Positions 18,890-28,216 of a stretch of DNA of 62,298 bases are shown one piece after another. Under the pieces are notes generated by a model. That model saw nothing but the letters and a program-made list of their open reading frames with translations, had not been told where the DNA came from and ran no database searches. Made by a program: the position numbers and the translations under genes. Every line of letters starts with the position of its first letter. The stretch's first letter is position 1. This DNA comes from an uncultured Bacteroidales bacterium (GTDB lineage: Bacteria > Bacteroidota > Bacteroidia > Bacteroidales > FEN-979): contig CAIYES010000164.1 of NCBI GenBank assembly GCA_903925275.1, positions 1-62,298 on the forward strand. The letters run 5' to 3'.

Positions 18890-20398
18890 ATGGAAGATAA
18901 GAATACCAGAAAGCGAACCCGCAAGCCGTTGTTGAATGAACAGGTTTTTGAACATGGCAAAATCCCTCCCCAGGCTCTGGATCTGGAAGAGGCCGTTCTT
19001 GGAGCCATGATGCTTGAGAATGACCGTTTGGCGGAAGTCATCGAAATACTTAAACCGGAAGTTTTTTACAAGGAAAACCATCAGATCATTTTTTTAGCTA
19101 TTCAGCGGTTATTTGGCCAGAATGAACCGGTCGACATTTTAACCGTAACTGAAGAACTTCGGAAGAGCGGCGAACTTGATATTGCAGGTGGCCCCTATTT
19201 TATCACCATGCTGACGAACCGCGTTGCCTCAACTGCAAACATTGAATTTCATTCGCGGATCATTTTACAAAAATTTATTCAGCGTGAACTCATCAGGGTA
19301 TCATCTGAAATAATCAAAGATGCTTACGAAGATACCACGGATGTTTTTGACTTGCTGGATAAGGCTGAAAACGGCCTCTTTGCCATCAGCGAAGGCAGCA
19401 TTGGAAAATCATACATGGATATGCAGTCCATCATTTCGGAAGCCATCAAAGAGATTGCTGCCGGAAGAAATCAGCAGGGGAAGTTAAGAGGAGTTGGTTC
19501 GGGCTTTACTGAATTAGACAGAATTACGTCAGGCTGGCAAAAGTCCGACCTGATCATCATTGCTTCAAGACCTGGCATGGGAAAAACGGCGTTCGCCCTC
19601 ACCATGGCACGCAATGCCGCCATTGATTTTAAAAAACCTGTTGCCGTTTTTTCGCTTGAAATGTCGTCGATACAGTTGGTTACGCGGTTGATGTCGAGTG
19701 AAACTGAAATTGCGCAAGATAAATTACGCAAGGGAGCCATGGAAGATCATGAATGGGCTCAATTAAATGCACGAATCACCTCCCTGATCGATGCTCCGCT
19801 TTTTATTGATGATACGGCCGCCTTGTCGATCTTTGATCTCCGTGCTAAATGCCGCCGGTTGAAGGCACATCATGACGTTCAACTGATCATCGTAGACTAC
19901 CTGCAACTCATGCAGGGAAACCAGGATACCAGGGGCAATCGCGAACAGGAGATCAGCAGTATTTCGCGAGCATTGAAGAGTTTGGCCAAAGAGTTAAATG
20001 TACCGGTTATTGCCTTATCTCAGTTAAGCCGGGCATCAGAAAAACGTGAAAAAGCTGCCAAACCGATTCTTTCCGACCTGCGTGAATCTGGTTCCATTGA
20101 GCAGGATGCAGATATGGTTATGTTTATCTACCGCCCTGAGTACTACAAAATTGATGTGGATGAAAATGGCGATTCAATGTCGGGGGTAGCAGATGTCATC
20201 ATCGCTAAAAACAGGAATGGCCCCCTGAAGGATGTCAGGATCAGGTTTGTTGCGAAGTACGCGAAATTTGTTGATGCAGAAATGGAGTATACTCCTGTCA
20301 ATAATATTCCTGCCAATACATCGTTTGAGGGTTCAGTCAGAACCCGCACGGTGATGTCGAAAATGGATGACGATGACAAACATGAAATGCCCTTTTAA
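18890..20398 (+). CDS. dnaB: Replicative DNA helicase DnaB
   Basis: N-terminus PPQALDLEEAVLGAMML, Walker A ASRPGMGKTAFAL, IIVDYLQLM, RESGSIEQDADMV. The 502-aa length leaves no room for an intein. Confidence 0.96.
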   Translation: MEDKNTRKRTRKPLLNEQVFEHGKIPPQALDLEEAVLGAMMLENDRLAEVIEILKPEVFYKENHQIIFLAIQRLFGQNEPVDILTVTEELRKSGELDIAGGPYFITMLTNRVASTANIEFHSRIILQKFIQRELIRVSSEIIKDAYEDTTDVFDLLDKAENGLFAISEGSIGKSYMDMQSIISEAIKEIAAGRNQQGKLRGVGSGFTELDRITSGWQKSDLIIIASRPGMGKTAFALTMARNAAIDFKKPVAVFSLEMSSIQLVTRLMSSETEIAQDKLRKGAMEDHEWAQLNARITSLIDAPLFIDDTAALSIFDLRAKCRRLKAHHDVQLIIVDYLQLMQGNQDTRGNREQEISSISRALKSLAKELNVPVIALSQLSRASEKREKAAKPILSDLRESGSIEQDADMVMFIYRPEYYKIDVDENGDSMSGVADVIIAKNRNGPLKDVRIRFVAKYAKFVDAEMEYTPVNNIPANTSFEGSVRTRTVMSKMDDDDKHEMPF

Positions 20399-21662
20399 TT
20401 TTTCAGGATTTCTTATTGCTTTTCTTTTCATTTCAATGATTCATTCTGCCCATGGAGCTTACCTGCTCATTCCGATGGACGGATCCCAGAAAAATCATCT
20501 GAAGGCATACGGAATTGCTTACTGGGTATTGAAAAAGGATGTTGAAGTAAGCTGGCTCCTGAATTACCGGGGAGGAAGTTTTATGTTCCGGTATATCAAG
20601 ACGCTTGAGGAGGAGTGTACCATACGCGGCGTGAGTACCCAGATTATAGCAGATGCACAGGCCGCAGCCATTCTGCAGGAGATCTCAGATCCGCAGGTTA
20701 ACATGGAAAATATCAAATTGCATAAAGCGCCAAAGATTGCTGTTTATTCGCCCAAAAATAAACGACCCTGGGATGATGCAGTGACGCTTGTACTTACCTA
20801 TGCTGAAATTCCATACGATGTGGTGTATGACGAGGAAATCATGACCGGCGCCCTTCCAATGTATGACTGGTTGCATCTTCATCATGAGGATTTCACTGGA
20901 CAATATGGTAAATTCTGGGCTGCATTTAAAAACTTCCCCTGGTATCAGGAGGATGTAGCATCCCAGGAGGCAAGTGCAAAAAAACTGGGATTCAGTAAAG
21001 TTTCCCAGATGAAACTCGCTGTTGCCGGAAAAATCCGTGATTTTGTTGCCGGGGGCGGTTATCTTTTTGCCATGTGTTCGGCACCCGACAGTTATGATGT
21101 TGCCTTATCGGCCAATGGTGTTGATATCTGTGATGTGATGTTCGATGGTGACGCACCCGACCCGGATGCTCAGTCAAAGTTGAATTTCAGCAATTGTTTT
21201 GCCTTTGAAAACTTCGATCTTGTCACCAATCCTTATACGTATGAAATATCATCCATCGATGTTACAGAAACCAGGCCAAGAACCATCTTAAGGGAAAATG
21301 ACTTTTTTACCTTATTTGAATTTTCAGCCAAATGGGATCCAATACCAAGCATGCTTTGCCAGGATCATGAGTCGATGATTCATGGATTTATGGGACAGAC
21401 CACGGCCTTCAACAAGAAATATGTCAAATCGAATGTGATCCTGCTGGGTGAGACAAAATCGCTGAACGAAGTCCGGTACATTCACGGTGATTTCGGGAAA
21501 GGAACCTGGACATTTCTCGGGGGGCATGATCCCGAAGACTACCAACATCTTGTGGGAGATCCGCCGACAGATCTTAATCTTCATCCCAATTCCCCGGGAT
21601 ACCGGCTGATTTTAAACAATATCCTTTTCCCCGCGGCAAAAAAGGAAAAGCGGAAAACGTAG
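20382..21662 (+). CDS. Conserved secreted hypothetical protein (family often labelled 'asparagine synthetase B' in Bacteroidota annotations, from my recollection)
   Basis: Signal peptide ending SAHGAY. The start overlaps the dnaB 3' end. No catalytic motif is recognisable; KIAVYSP...WDDAVT may indicate a flavodoxin/GATase1-like fold. Confidence 0.5.
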   Translation: MKCPFNFSGFLIAFLFISMIHSAHGAYLLIPMDGSQKNHLKAYGIAYWVLKKDVEVSWLLNYRGGSFMFRYIKTLEEECTIRGVSTQIIADAQAAAILQEISDPQVNMENIKLHKAPKIAVYSPKNKRPWDDAVTLVLTYAEIPYDVVYDEEIMTGALPMYDWLHLHHEDFTGQYGKFWAAFKNFPWYQEDVASQEASAKKLGFSKVSQMKLAVAGKIRDFVAGGGYLFAMCSAPDSYDVALSANGVDICDVMFDGDAPDPDAQSKLNFSNCFAFENFDLVTNPYTYEISSIDVTETRPRTILRENDFFTLFEFSAKWDPIPSMLCQDHESMIHGFMGQTTAFNKKYVKSNVILLGETKSLNEVRYIHGDFGKGTWTFLGGHDPEDYQHLVGDPPTDLNLHPNSPGYRLILNNILFPAAKKEKRKT

Positions 21663-21663
21663 G

Positions 21664-22152
21664 TTAAAGTTTCCGCTCATAGATTTCATTTGACCAGGCA
21701 AAATCATTCAAAACATCCCCGTCAAAATCCTCTTTGGAAGTGAGTTTCCATTGGTTATAATCTATTTCAGGAAAGAACACATCGGCGTCAAATGATTTAT
21801 GAATCCATGTGAGGTACAAACGATCGGCAAAAGGTAAAAACTGTTTGTATATGGAGGCTCCGCCTATCACGAAGTTTTCCTCAGACGGATTGCATTTGGC
21901 AATGGCTTCGGCAATCGACCAGGCCATCTCACAGCCTTCGAGTTCCTCCCCTTTTACGTCGGTGATCACAATGTTGCGGCGGTTTGGCAGGGGCCTGCGG
22001 GGGAGTGACTCATAGGTTCGTTTTCCCATGATTACAGGATGTCCGCTGGTTATCCGTTTAAATCTTTTAAGATCTTCCGGGATATGCCACAACAGATCAT
22101 TGTTTTTCCCTATGGCCATGTTTTCAGCAATGGCTACGATAATGGATATCAT
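21664..22152 (-). CDS. folA: Dihydrofolate reductase
   Basis: MISIIVAIAENMAIGKNNDLLWHIPEDLKRFKRIT and VIMGRKTYESLP motifs. It lies downstream of thyA. Confidence 0.93.
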   Translation of the reverse strand: MISIIVAIAENMAIGKNNDLLWHIPEDLKRFKRITSGHPVIMGKRTYESLPRRPLPNRRNIVITDVKGEELEGCEMAWSIAEAIAKCNPSEENFVIGGASIYKQFLPFADRLYLTWIHKSFDADVFFPEIDYNQWKLTSKEDFDGDVLNDFAWSNEIYERKL

Positions 22153-22162
22153 ACGCTAATTT

Positions 22163-22957
22163 TTAAACTGCAATATCCCCTTTGATATGCGGGTGCGACT
22201 CGTAATTTACCAACTGAAAATCTTCAAACCGGAAGTCATCTATGCCTATCACCTCCGGGTTGATTTTCATTTGCGGCAATGGCAAGGGTTGACGTGTTAA
22301 CTGGAGTTTCACCTGGTCGATGTGATTCAGGTAGATGTGGGCATCACCGAGGGTATGCACAAACTCGCCCGGTTTAAGTCCGGTAACCTGAGCCATCATC
22401 ATGGTCAACAGGGCATAGGATGCGATGTTAAATGGTACGCCTAAAAAAATATCACAACTACGCTGGTACATCTGGCAGGAAAGTTCGCCATTTGCCACAT
22501 AAAACTGAAACATCAGGTGACACGGGGGTAAGGCCATGTTGTCGAGATCTGCGACATTCCAGGCACTTACGATATGTCTCCGCGAGTCAGGGTTGGTCTG
22601 AATCGAGTTCACCACTTGGGCTATCTGGTCAACATGGGAACCATCCGATTTTGGCCATGACCGCCATTGATAGCCATAAACAGGCCCAAGTTCCCCGTTT
22701 TCACGTGCCCATTCATTCCAGATGGTCACCTTATTGTCTGAGAGATATTTAATGTTTGTTGCTCCCTGAAGAAACCAAAGCAGTTCATGAAGTATTGACC
22801 TCAGGTGCAGCTTTTTTGTAGTCATCAGCGGAAAGTTCTCCCGGAGATCAAACCGCATCTGGTAGCCAAAAACACTGATTGTGCCGGTACCGGTACGATC
22901 CTGCTTTTGAACGCCATTTTTCAGGACATGGTCGAGGAGGGAGAGGTATTGTTTCAT
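22163..22957 (-). CDS. thyA: Thymidylate synthase (ThyA type)
   Basis: 264 aa. Motifs DRTGTGT, WNEWA, LPPCH (catalytic Cys), [16 protein letters not shown]. The protein ends in IAV. Confidence 0.97.
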   Translation of the reverse strand: MKQYLSLLDHVLKNGVQKQDRTGTGTISVFGYQMRFDLRENFPLMTTKKLHLRSILHELLWFLQGATNIKYLSDNKVTIWNEWARENGELGPVYGYQWRSWPKSDGSHVDQIAQVVNSIQTNPDSRRHIVSAWNVADLDNMALPPCHLMFQFYVANGELSCQMYQRSCDIFLGVPFNIASYALLTMMMAQVTGLKPGEFVHTLGDAHIYLNHIDQVKLQLTRQPLPLPQMKINPEVIGIDDFRFEDFQLVNYESHPHIKGDIAV

Positions 22958-22960
22958 AAT

Positions 22961-23008
22961 AAATAGCGAAATAGCGAGGTAGCGAAATAGCGAAATAGCG
23001 AAATAGCG
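22961..23008. repeat. Tandem octamer array (AAATAGCG)x6, one unit variant AGGTAGCG
   Basis: Read directly from the sequence. It fills most of the 66-bp spacer between the permease stop (23024) and the thyA ATG (22957). Confidence 0.95.
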
Positions 23009-23023
23009 AAATAAAAAAATTAG

Positions 23024-24280
23024 TTACAGTTGTACAGGAGCAGAAAAGGTTTCAGGGTCGTGCTTGTGGCGGAAGAGGATGGCAAATAAAACCGCGACCA
23101 CCAGTGAATAGGCGGCAAATGTAAGCCAGATTCCTTTCCAGTCGAACTGCCCGTTTCCCAGCGTAAAAAAATTGTCGATGACGATCCCGCTGATTCGGCT
23201 GCCCAGGAATGCGCCAAATCCGTTTGACATCACCATGAATAGACCCTGTGCGCTGGCTCTGATACCGGGATCACTTTGCGATTCAACATACAGAGATCCT
23301 GAAATATTAAAGAAATCGAAAGCCATTCCATAAATAATACAGGAAGCAATGATCATCCAGAGGCCGCCTGCCGGGTCACCGTAAGCGAAGAGCCCAAACC
23401 TCAACACCCAGGCAATCATGCTGAAAAGCATCACTTTCTTAATTCCGAACATTCTCAGGAAAAATGGAATGGTAAGGATGAACAGCGTTTCGGAAATTTG
23501 TGAAATTGACATAATTATCGCAGGATATTTAACAGCAAGCAAATCCTTAAATGCATGTATTTTTGCAAAATCGTGCAGGAATGTATCTCCGTATGCATTT
23601 GTCAATTGCAAAGCAGCCCCCAGCAACATTGCAAAGACAAAAAACATGGCCATTTTCGAATTTTTGAAGAGTTTGAATGCATCCAGGCCAAGCGCACTTA
23701 TTAAAGAATTTTGCTGTGTTCTTCCCAACGGGGGGCACTTGGGCAATGTAAATGAATAAATGCCAAGCAATAACGAAGCAATGGAAGCAACATAAAACTG
23801 AACAGCAGAAGTTTCGAATCCAGTAAGGCTGATGATCCATAAGGCTACGATGAAACCGACTGTCCCCCACACCCTGATGGGAGGATATTCCTTAACAATA
23901 TTCAGACCCTGGCTTTTCAGGGTTGAGTAACCAACCGTAATGGAGAGCGATATAGTCGGCATATAAAAAATCATGTTAACCAGCATGATCCAGAACATGG
24001 TTGAAGGATCGTTGACAAGAGGTATCATAAAGAGGACAACCGCTGCACAAATATGAAATATTCCATAAAGTTTTTCAGCGTTCAGCCACCTGTCGGCGAT
24101 AATACCGGCTATTGCAGGCATAAAGAGGGATGCAATGCCCATGGTCGAAAATATTGCACCAAACCCGGTACCCGACCAATGCTTTGTTTGAAACCAGTAG
24201 GCTCCGATGGTAAGGAGCCAGCAACCCCAGATAAAAAACTGTAAAAAATTTAACAGGATAAGACGTAGCTTGATGCCCAT
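23024..24280 (-). CDS. Nucleoside:H+ symporter family permease (NupG/XapB-like MFS)
   Basis: 418 aa with about 12 TM helices. The N-terminus KLRLILLNFLQFFIWGCWLLTIGAYW is typical of the Nuc_H_symport family. It sits upstream of thyA-folA on the same strand. Confidence 0.8.
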   Translation of the reverse strand: MGIKLRLILLNFLQFFIWGCWLLTIGAYWFQTKHWSGTGFGAIFSTMGIASLFMPAIAGIIADRWLNAEKLYGIFHICAAVVLFMIPLVNDPSTMFWIMLVNMIFYMPTISLSITVGYSTLKSQGLNIVKEYPPIRVWGTVGFIVALWIISLTGFETSAVQFYVASIASLLLGIYSFTLPKCPPLGRTQQNSLISALGLDAFKLFKNSKMAMFFVFAMLLGAALQLTNAYGDTFLHDFAKIHAFKDLLAVKYPAIIMSISQISETLFILTIPFFLRMFGIKKVMLFSMIAWVLRFGLFAYGDPAGGLWMIIASCIIYGMAFDFFNISGSLYVESQSDPGIRASAQGLFMVMSNGFGAFLGSRISGIVIDNFFTLGNGQFDWKGIWLTFAAYSLVVAVLFAILFRHKHDPETFSAPVQL

Positions 24281-24324
24281 GCGATGTTATTTTAAAAGTG
24301 TAGGAAAATCAGCGTGGAGAGGAA

Positions 24325-24909
24325 TTATTTTCGTTTGTATAGTTCATCCCGGATTTTGGAAGCTTTTTCATATTCTTCATTTTCAATGGCATGCTGAAGC
24401 ATCTCTTTCAGTTCTGCTGAAGTAGCATCGGCAAAAGAAATATGTTCTTCAACTTCGCTTTCAACCTTTGAATCTTCAGATTTCGATAATTCAGCTTCCT
24501 CTTCCATCAGGATGCCGGCGGCAACCATAATACTTTCATAAGTATATACCGGGCAGCCAAACCTCAGCGCTATGGCGATGGCATCTGAAGTCCTGGAATC
24601 AACCTCCTGTTCAATTTTGCCATCAGAACAAATCAGTTTGGCATAAAAAACACCTTCGCTGAATTTATTGATCACCACTTCGGTTACTGCAATGTGATAA
24701 ACATCGGCGAAAGATTTAAAGAGATCGTGGGTTAAAGGGCGGGGTGTTCTGATTTTTTCGAGTTCGATGGCAATGGCCTGAGCCTCGAATCCACCAATAA
24801 TGATTGGCAACCGACGTTTCCCATCATGCTCACCCAGAATGAGTGCATAAGCGCCACTTTGCGACTGGCTGTAAGACATTCCGATGATATTCAACCTGAT
24901 TTTTTCCAT
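24325..24909 (-). CDS. Bifunctional nuclease family protein (DUF151) with C-terminal UVR motif
   Basis: Start taken at MEKIRLNIIGMSYSQSQSGAYALILGE, followed by LPIIIGGFEAQAIA and RPLTHDL. The C-terminal ELKEMLQHAIENEEYEKASKIRDEL is UvrB/C-like. Confidence 0.8.
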   Translation of the reverse strand: MEKIRLNIIGMSYSQSQSGAYALILGEHDGKRRLPIIIGGFEAQAIAIELEKIRTPRPLTHDLFKSFADVYHIAVTEVVINKFSEGVFYAKLICSDGKIEQEVDSRTSDAIAIALRFGCPVYTYESIMVAAGILMEEEAELSKSEDSKVESEVEEHISFADATSAELKEMLQHAIENEEYEKASKIRDELYKRK

Positions 24910-25005
24910 TTTCCGATCCCGGGAGTTCCCAAATACAAACCTACGGGAATTTTCCCTAACAGACAAAAGATGTTCAAAAATTCTGTGTTTTCTCAAAATT
25001 CTTTC

Positions 25006-25013
25006 TATTTTTG
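25006..25013 (+). promoter_or_regulatory. -7 box TAttTTTG for hppA
   Basis: TAnnTTTG match 30 nt upstream of the ATG at 25043. Confidence 0.5.
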
Positions 25014-25042
25014 TAACAGTTCAAATAATTAAATAGGTATAT

Positions 25043-27463
25043 ATGAAAAAAGCCATTACGTTCATCACGGCTTTGCTATTGCCATTTCTGACGATGGCAA
25101 GCGAAGCAAATCTTGTAATTCCTGCAGGAATAAGAGATCAATCAATTTTATATTGGGGTTTTTTGATCACGTTTGCAGGTTTTATGTTTGGATTATTCCA
25201 GTTTCTGAAAGTAAAAAAAATCGGTGCACATAAATCCATGCTGGATGTAGCACAGGTCATTTTCGAAACAGCAAAGACTTATCTCGTTCAGCAAGGAAAG
25301 TTTTTAATGATTCTTTTTGCATTTATAGGATCGGCAGTGGCATTTTATTTCGGATGGCTCTCTGATGCTCATTTTGGTATCGGAGGCGTATTGATGATCT
25401 TAGGTTGGACGGTAATCGGCATCCTGGGTTCCTATAGTGTTGCCTGGTTTGGAATCAGGATGAACACGCTGGCCAATGCACGGATGGCTTTTGCTTCGCT
25501 GGAAAGGAAACCGATCAAACTTTTGAATATTCCTTTAAATGCAGGGATGAGTATCGGCGTGGTGCTGATTTCGCTTGAACTGATCATGATGCTGATTATT
25601 TTGATGTTTGTACCGGGAGAATATGCCGGTGCAAGTTTTATTGGATTTGCCATTGGTGAATCATTAGGCGCTTCAGCATTGAGAATTGCCGGGGGTATTT
25701 TTACAAAAATCGCCGATATTGGTTCCGACCTGATGAAGGTGATTTTTAAAATCGGAGAAGATGACCCAAGAAACCCGGGGACTATTGCCGACTGCGTTGG
25801 CGACAATGCCGGCGACAGCGTTGGCCCCACCGCCGACGGCTTTGAAACTTACGGGGTTACCGGTGTTGCTCTGATCTCCTTTATCGTGCTTGCTGTTTTC
25901 AATCCTGAAATACAGGTACAATTACTTACCTGGATTTTCGTGATGAGAATCTTTATGATCATCACCTCCATCGTATCCTTCTGGATCAACAGCGCCATCA
26001 GCAAGGCGAAATACAGCAACGTAGATGACCTTGACTTTGAGAAACCATTGACTTCACTTGTCTGGATCACTTCTATTTTATCCATTATCGTAACCTTCGC
26101 AATCAGCTACATAACGATCAGCGACCTTCCAAACGACCTTTGGATTACCTTATCAGTCATTATCAGTGCCGGAACCCTGGGTGCTGCATTGATTCCTGAG
26201 TTTACCAAACTTTTCACGAGTCCCAAGTCGACTCATGTCAATGAAGTGGTTGTTGCATCACAGGAGGGTGGCGCATCGCTCAACATCCTTTCAGGCCTGG
26301 TTGCCGGTAATTTCAGTGCTTTCTGGCAGGGCATGGTTTTTTTCCTGCTGATGTTTATTGCCTATTTTGCAAGTACCTTCGGGTTAAGTAACTTCATGAT
26401 CTATCCTTCCATCTTCGCCTTCGGGCTGGTGGCCTTCGGGATGCTCGGTATGGGACCCGTTACGATTGCTGTTGACAGTTATGGACCGGTAACCGACAAT
26501 GCACAGTCCATTTACGAATTATCGCTCATCGAGGAGATCCCGGGCATCAGCGCCGAAATCGAAAGGGACTTCGGATTCAAGCCTGATTTTGAAAAATCAA
26601 AGCATTATCTTGAAGCCAATGATGGTGCCGGAAATACGTTTAAAGCCACAGCAAAACCGGTACTGATAGGTACTGCAGTTGTGGGGGCCACCACCATGAT
26701 CTTTTCGCTGATCCTGGTCATAAAAAAATCACTGGGCATCGAGCCCGAGCAGATCCTGAACCTGCTGAACCCATATACCATTCTTGGATTTTTACTAGGA
26801 GGTGCGGTTATATACTGGTTCAGCGGCGCATCGATCCAGGCAGTGACGACAGGAGCCAGCCGGGCCGTGGCTTATATCAAGAATAACATCAACCTCGACC
26901 CCAACGCACCGAAAAAAGCCGACACAGCCAAATCGAAAGAGGTGGTTCAAATCTGCACTGTATATGCCCAGAAGGGGATGCTGAATATTTTCATCGCCAT
27001 TTTTTCATTCGCCCTGGCCTTTGCATTCTTGTCATCTCCCACCGGTCTGACCGATTCGATGACGGGTGCTGAGAAACTCAGTTTTGCATTGCCTGTCTCA
27101 CTTTTCGTTAGTTACCTGATCTCAATTGCCTTCTTCGGTTTATACCAGGCCATTTTTATGGCCAATGCCGGCGGCGCCTGGGATAATGCCAAAAAAGTGA
27201 TAGAAGTGGATATGAAAGAAAAAGGAACTGAACTTCACGCCGCTTCGGTGGTTGGTGATACTGTGGGCGACCCATTCAAAGACACATCCTCTGTAGCCAT
27301 GAATCCTATCATCAAGTTTACCACTTTGTTCGGGTTGCTGGCCATGGAAATTGCCTTATCGGAAAGTTTCAGGGCAGTAGCACATTACATCGGACTTGCA
27401 TTTTTTGCAGTTGCGCTCTATTTTGTTTACCGTTCATTTTATAAAATGCGGATCAGAGACTAA
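25043..27463 (+). CDS. hppA: Membrane-bound proton/cation-translocating pyrophosphatase (divergent, long form)
   Basis: Multi-TM protein with the DxxxxD-type motifs DCVGDNAGDSVGPTADGFE and GDTVGDPFKDT, plus GGAWDNAKK. The GNTFKA motif has Lys where K+-dependent enzymes have Ala. Confidence 0.88.
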   Translation: MKKAITFITALLLPFLTMASEANLVIPAGIRDQSILYWGFLITFAGFMFGLFQFLKVKKIGAHKSMLDVAQVIFETAKTYLVQQGKFLMILFAFIGSAVAFYFGWLSDAHFGIGGVLMILGWTVIGILGSYSVAWFGIRMNTLANARMAFASLERKPIKLLNIPLNAGMSIGVVLISLELIMMLIILMFVPGEYAGASFIGFAIGESLGASALRIAGGIFTKIADIGSDLMKVIFKIGEDDPRNPGTIADCVGDNAGDSVGPTADGFETYGVTGVALISFIVLAVFNPEIQVQLLTWIFVMRIFMIITSIVSFWINSAISKAKYSNVDDLDFEKPLTSLVWITSILSIIVTFAISYITISDLPNDLWITLSVIISAGTLGAALIPEFTKLFTSPKSTHVNEVVVASQEGGASLNILSGLVAGNFSAFWQGMVFFLLMFIAYFASTFGLSNFMIYPSIFAFGLVAFGMLGMGPVTIAVDSYGPVTDNAQSIYELSLIEEIPGISAEIERDFGFKPDFEKSKHYLEANDGAGNTFKATAKPVLIGTAVVGATTMIFSLILVIKKSLGIEPEQILNLLNPYTILGFLLGGAVIYWFSGASIQAVTTGASRAVAYIKNNINLDPNAPKKADTAKSKEVVQICTVYAQKGMLNIFIAIFSFALAFAFLSSPTGLTDSMTGAEKLSFALPVSLFVSYLISIAFFGLYQAIFMANAGGAWDNAKKVIEVDMKEKGTELHAASVVGDTVGDPFKDTSSVAMNPIIKFTTLFGLLAMEIALSESFRAVAHYIGLAFFAVALYFVYRSFYKMRIRD

Positions 27464-27483
27464 CCATCTGTTTCATGCAAAAG

Positions 27484-27521
27484 CGAGGCTGTCGGAATTA
27501 TTCTGGCAGCCTCGTTTTTTT
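27484..27521 (+). terminator. Rho-independent terminator of hppA
   Basis: cgaggctg (27484-27491) pairs with cagcctcg (27507-27514), followed by T7. Confidence 0.85.
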
Positions 27522-27523
27522 AG

Positions 27524-27558
27524 TGACAAATGACGAATGACAAATGACAAGTGACAAA
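27524..27558. repeat. Tandem heptamer array (TGACAAA)x5 with variants TGACGAA and TGACAAG
   Basis: Read directly from the sequence. It begins 3 nt after the hppA terminator T tract. Confidence 0.9.
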
Positions 27559-27631
27559 TTTTACAAATAAAAAAGTTTAAGGCAACCTTTGGGGGGAGTT
27601 GTGTTATCTTTATGCAGGATAATGAATTCAT

Positions 27632-28216
27632 GTGGAGGAAGCACTGATAAAGAAAGCTATTGCCCGGGATATTAGCGCCATTGAAGCGTTGTATGACCAG
27701 TATGCACCAACTTTACTAAGCGTTTGTTTCCGATATTGCGGCAACCGGGATGATGCTGAAGACATACTTCATGATGGTTTTATCAAGATAATACAGAATA
27801 TTCATACATTCAGAATTCGTTCCGGAGCAACCCTGGAAGCATGGATGAGGCGGATCATGGTCAATACCGCCCTGAATTTTTTACGGACCCGGTCGAAAGA
27901 GAAAAACTTCGTCGATATCAATCCAATTCTTGATACAATTGATATTCACGATGAGGAGGTTTCCGACCCTGAGGAAATCTATCTTCAGGTGGACCGGGAA
28001 AAGATATTGGAACTTATCTGTGATCTGCCTGCAGGCTACAGGACGGTATTCAACCTTTACGTTTTTGAACAATACGGGCATAAGGAGATTGCAGAACTCC
28101 TCGGATGCTCCGAAAATACATCCAAGTCGCAGCTTTCAAAAGCCCGTGGCTTGCTGAGAAAAAAAATAAACAAACTGGTCAATATCAAAACAACACCAGC
28201 CTATGAAAAAGTATAA
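27632..28216 (+). CDS. ECF-type RNA polymerase sigma-70 factor
   Basis: Region 2 (DAEDILHDGFIKI, EAWMRRIMVNTALNFLR) and region 4 (YRTVFNLYVFEQYGHKEIAELLGCSENTSKSQLSKAR). The start is a GTG at 27632. Its end overlaps the next gene by 14 nt. Confidence 0.88.
   Translation: MEEALIKKAIARDISAIEALYDQYAPTLLSVCFRYCGNRDDAEDILHDGFIKIIQNIHTFRIRSGATLEAWMRRIMVNTALNFLRTRSKEKNFVDINPILDTIDIHDEEVSDPEEIYLQVDREKILELICDLPAGYRTVFNLYVFEQYGHKEIAELLGCSENTSKSQLSKARGLLRKKINKLVNIKTTPAYEKV

Noticed and set aside
18890-20398. Intein or insertion in DnaB.
   Set aside because: The 502-aa length and continuous helicase motifs leave no room for an intein.
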